DNA from: Octopus vulgaris
Taxonomy: Eukaryota
NCBI GenBank assembly: GCA_951406725.2
Contig: OX597823.1
Span: 114,576,001 to 114,640,000, forward strand
Direction: 5' to 3'
DNA length: 64,000 nt
Below, one piece after another: positions 54,691-64,000 of this stretch (positions are counted from its first letter, which is position 1; each line of letters opens with the position of its first letter). Both the position numbers and the translations under genes were made by a program. Below the pieces are notes generated by a model, which saw only the letters and a program-made list of their open reading frames with translations, was not told the origin of the DNA and did no database searches.

Positions 54691-55629
54691 TTACATTTCT
54701 ACAACTTATTTTGTAGATTACTATTTGGGCAGAAGGACAGAAAATCAGTATGATAACTTATTTTACTCGTGAGGAAAGGCGGATATTCGAAGTTCTTTCC
54801 TTGAAAGTCTCTTCTTTAAAGCTTCATTTTCGCGCTATATTACCCCGAAAGTTCTTCCTAGGTCGCGACTGACTCATTTCAATCTCAAAAAAGAGTTGTT
54901 TTACTATGCTTTGGGTTTATGCTTAGTAACTCGCTCGCTCTCTTTCTCTATCTCTATCTCTCACGCACTCTCTTTCTCCCTCTCTGTTTCAATCTCTCTT
55001 TGGTAATTTCTTGTGTGTGTTTTGTTATGAACTTCATTAATTCCTTATTGTCTTTATTGAAATCAGCGGTCGGGGCGGGATCGGTTTGTGCAACTGGTAG
55101 TACTCTTTCAGTGTGTTACCATCGTGTTTTTAAAATCCATCTGCTTTTTGCTTGACGTTATTCATTTGATGTCACATTACCGAAGACTGGAAATCGCAGA
55201 TTCACTTACATCACATTCTTGGTAGCAGCAGACATTAATTCTTCTCCACACCGTACCTCAAATGTAATTAGACCTCTAAGAGGGGAAGTAAATTTTCTAA
55301 TTAAATGTCTGAGGATACAGAAAGTATCACATTTAAATAGTAAATAGTATCATCTATTTCAACTGACCCTATTGAAATTGGTACTCAATATTTAATGATA
55401 ATTAGTACCAAAATGGAAAAAAATATAATACTAATGCTAAAGAAAATTTCTTTCCGAAATCATAATACTAAACCTAGTCTTATTCCAGTGTTTACCAGTG
55501 ATATCTTCAACCAATGATATCTAGTGATAGATGTAGATTTGTCCAGTTATTATCAATTTTTTTGACCATTTTCAAAGAAGAATAGTTTATCCATTATGGC
55601 CGTATTCGAAGAAGCAGAGGTCTTTACAC

Positions 55630-55846
55630 TTTTACTTGTTTCAGTCATTTGACTGTGGTCATGCTGGAGCACCGCCTCTAGGCCGAGCAAATCGACCACA
55701 GGGCTTATTCTTTGTAAGCCTAGTGCTTATCGGTCTCTTTTGTCGAACGGCTAATTTACGGGGACGTAAACACACCAGCATCGGTTGTCAAGTGATGTTG
55801 GGGTAACACACACACACACACACATACACACATATATATATATAAT

Positions 55847-55943
<97 letters not shown>

Positions 55944-56085
55944 TATATATATACGACGGGTTACTTTCAGTTTCCGTCTACCAAATCCACTCACAGGGCT
56001 TTGGTCGGCCCGAGGATATAGTAGAAAACACTTGCCCAAGGTGCCACGCAAAGCGACTGAACCCGGAACCATATGGTTCGTAGGA
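55630..56085 (-). mobile_element. SINE-C with internal (TA)n(TG)n
   Basis: Reverse-complement match to 23814-24282. Confidence 0.85.
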
Positions 56086-56314
56086 AAACATTATCGTAGA
56101 AGGAGGAGTAGAAGTTTATAGATCAAGAGGCAGGCAAAGAACGCAATAAATGGATATCATGAGCTGGTTGGACAACAGTGGCAGAACTCGCTTGCGCCGG
56201 TTCAGCAATGTGCTGCAAGCGTACGGTACATGACGACGACAACGACGACGATTCATTTTTATAAATAAAGATATATATATGCTTATAAATAGAGATATCC
56301 AGGCTTATCTATTA

Positions 56315-56707
56315 CTAGCAGTATCGCCCGGCGTTGCTCGGGCTTGTTTCGACCCTTTAGAATTGGAATTTTTGCAAAGTAAAAGGTTAGCATTATGCAG
56401 CTTGTTATTCTCTTTAAGTGAACATTTTTCTGGTTGAAATACACCGAAAAATGGTGACACAACAGTCAAAAATCGTTAAAAAATAGGGATTTTCATAGAA
56501 AAAATTCACCTTTTTGATGTAAATAATTTTTGGTGTTAACATTGTCCGATTTGGATTTTTCTTCTACGGAAGGAAGAGCAAGCCTTCTTCTATCATACTC
56601 TCAATTTTGGTCAACTTGCGTCGCAGGGTCTCGGAGGAGATAGTGTTAGCTGAAGGCTACCAAACCTACCATACACAGACAACTTCAGCTTTATATATAG
56701 AGAGAGA
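56315..56707 (-). mobile_element. Non-autonomous Helitron
   Basis: A|TC start, hairpin cccgagcaacgccggg, CTAG|T end; the terminal 25 bp are identical to the 52324 element. Confidence 0.8.
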
Positions 56708-57494
56708 TTTGTGTGATTACCACAAAAGTCAAATTAAGACGTGTATATAAATCTGATCAGACTGCATGTAAGAAACAAATGAGAAATGCTGTCAAATTTG
56801 TTGTTGTTGCTGTTGTTGTTGTCGTTGCCCTCGTCGTCGTCGTTGTCGCCACCGTCACTAATGTCGCCATCTTTGTCTCCTGCATTGTTCACATAAGTAG
56901 AATGCCTCATTAGCAGTAGCCATTGTTATTATTGTAAACTATATGTATGCATGTATGTATGTATAATTGTATGTGTGCGTATGGAAATGTCTCGTATCTA
57001 TGTGTGTACGTATATATGTTTGTGTGTATATTGTAGGTTGAATAAAATGAAAGATTTAACACCATGTGTTAGCTACAATTTCTCGCTTTTGGCATGAATG
57101 GCCCCCATTGACAATACTGTCTCTATAATTGCACGAAGTTAATTTGGTGAATATACATTTTCTATCTTAATTCTTACCAGATTTCATTTCACCAAAGTCT
57201 TTCAATATTTCATTTCTTCGTCTCACTTTTATAATATTAAACACAAGCGCGCGCACACACACAAATACACACACACACAAATACACACACAGACAATTAC
57301 ACTCACACATTGTCTTTCCCTCTTTATAGATATATATACTTGCCTGTTTCACCTTCCATCTTTCATCTTCCATCTCTCTTTTTTCCTTTTGTCTCCATAA
57401 CTTTCTTCTCTCTCACTCTTTCTCTTTCCCTCTCTCCCTCTGCCTATATGTAATATATATGTATATATATTTCTGTTTAGTCTACATATATATG

Positions 57495-57637
57495 CCGAGA
57501 TCGACTTTGCCTTTCATCGTTTTGGGGTCGATAAATTAAGTACCAGTTACGCACTGAGGTCGATGTAATCGACTTAATCCCTTTGTCTGTCCTTGTTTGT
57601 CCCCTCTGTGTTTAGTCCCTTGTGGGTAGTAAAGAAA
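57495..57637 (+). mobile_element. SINE-A2 3' part
   Basis: Match to the A2 consensus. Confidence 0.8.
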
Positions 57638-57651
57638 TATATATATATGTG

Positions 57652-57718
<67 letters not shown>

Positions 57719-59210
57719 CTTGGATGTTACCACTTTTGAGGTCCCACGTGCTATGAAACATGTAGCACGGATTTTTCCTACTCCATTCTGTAATTCTTGT
57801 GTATATTTATGTATATATATATATATAAGAACACCAAAAATGGGACAAGAACGCAAAACATCCAAACAGTTAGATGATACAAAAAAGAGACAACAAAATA
57901 TCCAGGCAGACGTTACAAAACAAGGACGGATCATTCGAAGATTTTTTTTCTTCAGTAGAGTTCCAGATTTTCTTTACAAAATATATATATATATATATAT
58001 ATTTCTGTTTAGTTTTTTGAGATGTGGACCGGAGATTTATAAAGGGAATTTGCAGCGTTCACGTCTTTCTATATATCAGTCATGTTATCAATGGGCAGGC
58101 GAAGCCAGATGCTAGCAAAGGTCCTAACCATTAATGGTGTTGTTCTAAGGTCAGGAATAAGACTTGGAAAATAGTAGGTTATTGGTTTAGTCTACAGAAG
58201 CATATCAGCTGTCGAGAACTTTACAGGACACCTTACAAGTAACGTCTTCATATAAACAGTTATCTTCAAAGTGATAAAGTAGAACTATTTACATGATAAT
58301 GAAAACCTGTAAAGGCAACCGGAGGACAAAGAAGGCAGATAAAGAAGATCAAATAGTATTACAGCTTCGTGATTTAAAAGTATTTGTAATGTTCCTGTCT
58401 TCTTTCAAATAGTTGATGACGTAATTGTTGAAGGTGAGCGAAGAAAGTGAAGTGAACAACCGCAGTGGCTATGTTCTGGACAAAGAGCCCGTGCAATAGT
58501 AAGAATATAACGGAAGTATGAATCAAGGTTGACGAGCCAACGGGAGGGCAATATGGTTGCTCGACCTGCTAGAAATAACACCAAAGTTTCCTTCAAATAA
58601 GAGTCTGTTTTCTAAGAAAAGGAAATGATGAAAGATTGACTATATATCTCAAAGAAAGACAAGCTATTCATGGCTGGAAAATCTTTGGACCTATATTTAC
58701 TGGATCGATCTGCCCTGAGGCTAAACAACGTTAGTTGAACCTTTGAACTAACAAAAGATTTATGTGTGTTCGCTCGACCTGATAAACCTAAATGCTAAGC
58801 CTTGCTCCAATCACGCCCAACCAACACACCTTAAAACTGGAAGAGAACGTTGGACAATGTAGCCCTGGGTTTATATGGAATAGGTGTAGTTGGAACGTCT
58901 TTGGTTATAGGTTGTCTGGGGATTTTACTATCAGTAGGTGAACAACAACAACGCAAACAGCATCAGAGTTACACAACGAAACAATACCAGAAGTAACAAC
59001 AGAAGTAACAATATAGGCAAAAGCTGTAAAAACAACAAAAAAATGTAACCATAGTAACAAAAACAAAAGCAACAACAACTACAACAACAACAACAACAAC
59101 CACACGAGCGGCAACAGCAACAATAATAGTAACTACATCAAGATCTTGGAAACTAAAATAAAAGCGATGACGTTCTACAGTGCCAACCACCACAGAAAAA
59201 TGACAAATGA

Positions 59211-59370
59211 AGGAGTAGCTGTGTGGTAAGTAGCTTGCTTACCAACCACATGGTTCCGGGTTCAATCCCACTGCGTGGCACTTTGGGCAAGTGTCTTCTA
59301 CTATAGCCTCAAGTCGACCAAAGCCTTGTGAGTGGATTTGGTAGACGGAAACTGAAGGAAGCCCGTAGTA

Positions 59371-59453
<83 letters not shown>

Positions 59454-59663
59454 GCTTGTGTGTCTGTGTTTATACCCCAACATCGCTTGACAACCGATGC
59501 TAGTGTGTTTATGTCTCCGTAACTTAGCGGTTCAGCAAAAGAGACCAATAGAATCAATACTAGGCTTACAAAGAATAAGTCTTGGGGTCGATTTGCTCGA
59601 CTAAAGGCGGTGCTCCAGCATGGCCACAGTCAAATGACTGAAACAAGTAAAAGAGTAAAAGAG
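59211..59663 (+). mobile_element. SINE-C, full length
   Basis: Near-consensus copy with internal (TA)n(TG)n. Confidence 0.88.
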
Positions 59664-59994
59664 TGTTTGCGCTGATTGGGTTGTGTATCATGTTTGATAA
59701 TTAGGGTGTTGCGAGGGAATCCCTACTTGACCGAATAAATGTGGAGTTATGGTGAGGTAATGAAGGGGCTGAAAAGGAAAGGAATGATGTGTGAGATGGG
59801 AGGAAAGGAAAGGGGTTGGAGAAGAAAATTAGGAAATGGGGAGAGGGAAGGAGAGGAGATATATGAAAAGGGAAAGGGAGAGAAAATGGAATTAATGGGA
59901 AGGTAACTGGTAATAGTAAAAGGTTATGCGACAAGAAATACAGAAATGAAGGGAGTGGTGGTGGGAGGAGTGAAATGCGTGTGTATATGCATGT

Positions 59995-60051
59995 TCATAC
60001 ATACATGTACATACATTTTATATACATATATATGTATATATAAATACAAGG

Positions 60052-60088
<37 letters not shown>

Positions 60089-60142
60089 CCTATATTAATC
60101 ACACACACCGATAGATATATATATATATATATACATATATAG

Positions 60143-60227
<85 letters not shown>

Positions 60228-60257
60228 TATATATATATGCACATATATATGTATATT

Positions 60258-60296
<39 letters not shown>

Positions 60297-60470
60297 GTAT
60301 ATATATATATATGTATACATATATATGTATATATATGTATATATATATGTATATATATATACATATATATACATACATATACATATGTATATATATATAT
60401 ATATGTATATATATACATATATATATGTATATATATGTATATATATATTTACACACATACATACATACAT
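59995..60470. repeat. (TA)n-derived tract
   Basis: Direct reading. Confidence 0.95.
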
Positions 60471-60996
60471 ATTGTCACGATTTGTGAGATATATAAAGGA
60501 GACTCGGAAGTAATACTGAATTAAGGAGTTGAAACAGGGAGTACGATATAATAAGAAAGGAGGAGGAAGAGGAGAAGCGAAGAGCCAGAAGCGGAGACAG
60601 CAGCAGCGATCATGAAAAGAAGTGAGAGGACAATAGAGACGGACAGACAGACAGTAAGTGAGAGAGAGAGAGAGAGAGAGAGGGGGAGTAAGAGAGTTGT
60701 TGGTTTCATCGTTATCATCATTGTCACCATGGTAATCGTCATCATTTTTACTTTTAAGGGTCGTGGATTGGTGAGTAAACAAGAGATTGAGAGAGAAGCA
60801 GTGAGATGAGGATGTATGGAGTGAGACGATGGGAGGCGTAAGAGGCATTGTATAGGAGGGGGGGGGATTATACGCTGAGCGTCGTTAGGTGAGACATATT
60901 GTTCTTAATACGTGGATGTGTGTGTGTGGAAATGTGTGTGTGTCTGTGTGTGTGTGTAATGAAGAACAATCCGGATTATACAGTGGCTGACGGAAG

Positions 60997-61320
60997 TGGT
61001 GGTGGCGGCGGTGGCGACGGTGGCGGCGGCGGTGGCGACGGTGGCGAAGGTGGTGGTGGAGGCAGTGGGGGGTAGTGGGGGTGGTGGTTGTTGTGGTGGT
61101 GGTGATGGTCGTGATGGTGGTGGTGTTGGTGATAGCGATAGTGGTGCTAGTGGTGATGGTGATGGTGGTAGCGGCGGTGGTAGTAGTTGTAGTAGTAGTA
61201 GTGGTGGTGGTGGTGGTGATGGTGATGGTGATGGTGGTGCTGTTGGTGGTAGTAGTGGTGGTGGTGGTGGTAGTGGAGGTGGTGGTGGTGGTGGTGGTGG
61301 TAATGGTGGAGATGGTGGTG
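60997..61320. repeat. (GGT)n-derived low-complexity tract
   Basis: Direct reading. Confidence 0.9.
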
Positions 61321-61602
61321 AAGCAGAGATAAGTGGATCTGAGTAATGCTTTGTGAGAGGCTTACAAGAGGGTTTTTAGATTGTGTAAGGTGGAGGGGAT
61401 TGATGCGGGGGGGAGATGGTTAATTTGTCAATTAAAAGCTCAGATCCATAATTGCAGCTATAAAAAAAATAGGTATTTAGTGACAAATAGTGTTGTTTTA
61501 ATTTCATATTTGTAATCCGGCGCACACACGCCTTTACGTGTATGTTACGATGACATGATATCACACGCACATGCGCCCGTAAATATATGCATTTATGCAT
61601 AC

Positions 61603-61652
<50 letters not shown>

Positions 61653-61657
<5 letters not shown>

Positions 61658-61856
61658 ATCCAAACAAGAAGGCACAAAAAAACACAAAAACGCGAGGACG
61701 TGGAACAAATATAGCATTACTGGACGCTCAGGAAAGAAGGAAAGAAGGGGGGTTTAACGTTTCGAGCGGAGCTCTTCGTCGGAAACATAAGAGAAGGAAA
61801 GATCCAGAGAAGGGAAGATAGAGGGAAAAAATCGCCAACGGTACACACGCGGTCAC

Positions 61857-61860
<4 letters not shown>
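61653..61860 (-). mobile_element. About 208-bp HHR-bearing unit inside (TA)n
   Basis: Unique block flanked by pure (TA)n on both sides, with a central hammerhead. Confidence 0.6.
61752..61786 (-). ncRNA. Minimal type I hammerhead, CCGACGA core variant
   Basis: GUUU-CCGACGA-A-GAGC-UCC-GCUC-GAAA-CG-UU-AAAC: 4-bp stem I, 4-bp stem II, palindromic ACGU stem III. Confidence 0.7.
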
Positions 61861-61946
<86 letters not shown>

Positions 61947-61948
61947 GT

Positions 61949-62363
61949 AGGCGCAACCGTGGTTGTGTGATAAGAAGCTTGCTTGCCAAACACATAGGTC
62001 TGGGTTCAGTCCCATGGCGTGCCACCTGAGGTAAATGTCTTCTACTACAGACTCGGGTCGACGAATGCCTTGTGAGTGGATTTCTTGGGCGGAGGCTGAA
62101 AGAAGCCCGTCGTATATGCACATATTTATACATATTTGTGTGTTTGTGTCTGTAATTGTCCCTCCTTCACCATCGATTGACAACCGATGGTGGTGTGTTT
62201 AGGTCCCCGTAACTTAGTGGTTTGACGAAAGAGACCGATAGAATAAGTACTAGGCTTACAATGAATAAGCCCAGAGTCGATTTGTTCGACTAAAAGCCCT
62301 GAAGGTGGTGTTCCAGTAAGCATGACCGCAGTCAAATGACTGAAGCGAGTAAAAGAATAAAGG
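61949..62363 (+). mobile_element. SINE-C, older copy with a short internal microsatellite
   Basis: End-to-end match to family C. Confidence 0.8.
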
Positions 62364-62404
62364 AATATATATTTATTTATAAATATTCATGCTTGTGTGT
62401 GTGC

Positions 62405-62465
<61 letters not shown>

Positions 62466-63166
62466 CGTAGTTTGCGCCATAAAAATCAGAAATACACGAA
62501 ATATATCTTTCTTTTTTAACCAAAGAACTCGAAATTGATAAAGCTATAAATAATAGCTATAAATATATGATCAAAAAGTATCTTACTGGGGAAATATCGG
62601 AGGCTCTCCGACTCGAACTCACATCGACTGCAAACATGACGGATAAGAAGCACTGTACCTAAGTAATGCTTCAAAATTCTCTAACCATTCTAGAAGCTTT
62701 CTACTTTCCCACGTGTTGCTGAAGTCATAAAAACTTAGAAACTTCGTTAGACATGAAATACATCGATGGAACTCGAAGTAGATAAATCTATAAATGCTTA
62801 GCTGGAAATAAAGCGAAGACTGCCCGTAGGACAGAAAACCCACATCAAAAGATTGCTTTGGTTCAAAGAAAGAACGTTTTTCATGTTATCAGATGATGTG
62901 GGCTAAAGTCCCAACAGTAACATTCCACTTCTTCCCTCCAAGGTTTTTAACTCTATCATTTATAGCTTCATGATTAAACAGAGCAGTTGACATATATTAT
63001 ATGTGTGTGTACGGGTATGTATGTGTTTTTGTGTGTGTATACATATACAAATACGTACATATACATACATACAAACATATATATATATATAGGGAGAGTT
63101 TACGAAAAAAAAAGACGAAGACAGGTGGTGTACAAAACAAACAGATGTATTAGTACAGGAATAGTC

Positions 63167-63200
63167 TTTTACGTTTCAAGCCTACGCTCTTCTACAGAGA
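63167..63200 (-). ncRNA. Degenerate hammerhead (CUGUAGA core) in a ~160-bp unit (63091-63250)
   Basis: UCU-CUGUAGA-A-GAGC-GUAG-GCUU-GAAA-CG-UA-AAA; A6 is substituted and stem I is weak. Confidence 0.5.
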
Positions 63201-63250
63201 GGGACGCAGAAAAAACAAGGAGAGAAAAAAATGTCTGTAGTGGCTAACGA

Positions 63251-63296
<46 letters not shown>

Positions 63297-63361
63297 TTTT
63301 TTGCGTAATGAGATTAAAAAAAACAAAGCTCTATAGATATTAGAGCATTTATAGATAGAAG

Positions 63362-63416
63362 GTCTTACAGCTGTTTCTAGGATATTGATTAATAATAATA
63401 TCCCTTCATCGGAGAC
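63362..63416 (-). ncRNA. Type I hammerhead, CCGAUGA core variant, in a ~170-bp unit (63294-63461) between (TA)n tracts
   Basis: GUCU-CCGAUGA-A-GGGAUAUU-(10 nt)-AAUAUCCU-A-GAAA-CAGCUG-UA-AGAC: 4-bp stem I, 8-bp stem II, palindromic ACAGCUGU, GUA cleavage triplet. Confidence 0.75.
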
Positions 63417-63609
63417 GGTGTGAGAGGAAATATTAAGTCATAGTTAGTTTCGATGTGAAACTATATATATATACATATACATATATATATATATATATAT
63501 ATATTAATCAATTTAGGGTAGCCAAAAATTCAATAGAAATTTATCGCTACCAGCGGTCTAGTGGGAAAGAGAAAATAGTCAAAGACTATATATATATATA
63601 AATTCAACA

Positions 63610-63739
63610 ACAATTAAGGAGTGGCCTTAATAGGCCATTCGGCCCACTAGAAGAAGCAGCCAGGACTCAAACCGCTAAGTAGTAGTAGTCCTGGCTGCTT
63701 CTTCTAGTGGGCCGAATGGCCTATTAAGGCCATTCCTTA

Positions 63740-63744
<5 letters not shown>
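63610..63744. repeat. Long hairpin (58-bp arms, 19-nt loop)
   Basis: 63610-63667 vs 63687-63744, one mismatch. Confidence 0.9.
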
Positions 63745-63820
<76 letters not shown>

Positions 63821-64000
63821 ATATATATATATACATATGTATACATGTGTGTATACATACATACATACATACATACATACATACATACATACATACATAC
63901 ATACATACATACATACATACATACATACGTACATACATACACATAGATACACACGCTTGTAGCCATCTACTAACAAAGAGTACATTTGTTAATTTGCATA

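Noticed and set aside
60996-61346. Gly-rich ORF
   Set aside because: Derived from a degenerate (GGT)n microsatellite; no splice or homology support.

Overview
AT-rich, repeat-saturated eukaryotic DNA with no host protein-coding gene that I can recognise. It reads as intronic or intergenic animal sequence, most probably octopus/cephalopod; this is inferred from the tRNA-derived SINE families and microsatellite load and is not verified. Nearly all ORFs in the supplied track are microsatellite artefacts. Supportable content: (i) three or four interspersed SINE-like families in many copies, with swapped head, body and tail modules; (ii) a young 5'-truncated Penelope-like element (PLE) with a stop-free RT-C-terminus + GIY-YIG ORF (47180-48220, minus) and an older PLE relic; (iii) two decayed mariner transposons and one mariner deletion derivative; (iv) two non-autonomous Helitrons; (v) fragments of RTE, R4/Dong-like RLE, L1/Tx1-like and CR1/L2-like LINEs; (vi) several long fold-backs. 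The most interesting signal is six minimal type-I hammerhead ribozyme (HHR) motifs. All are on the minus strand, most sit in short A-rich units embedded in (TA)n tracts, and three carry a CCGANGA core instead of CUGANGA. All calls were made by eye, so element boundaries are approximate unless a TSD or TIR fixes them.
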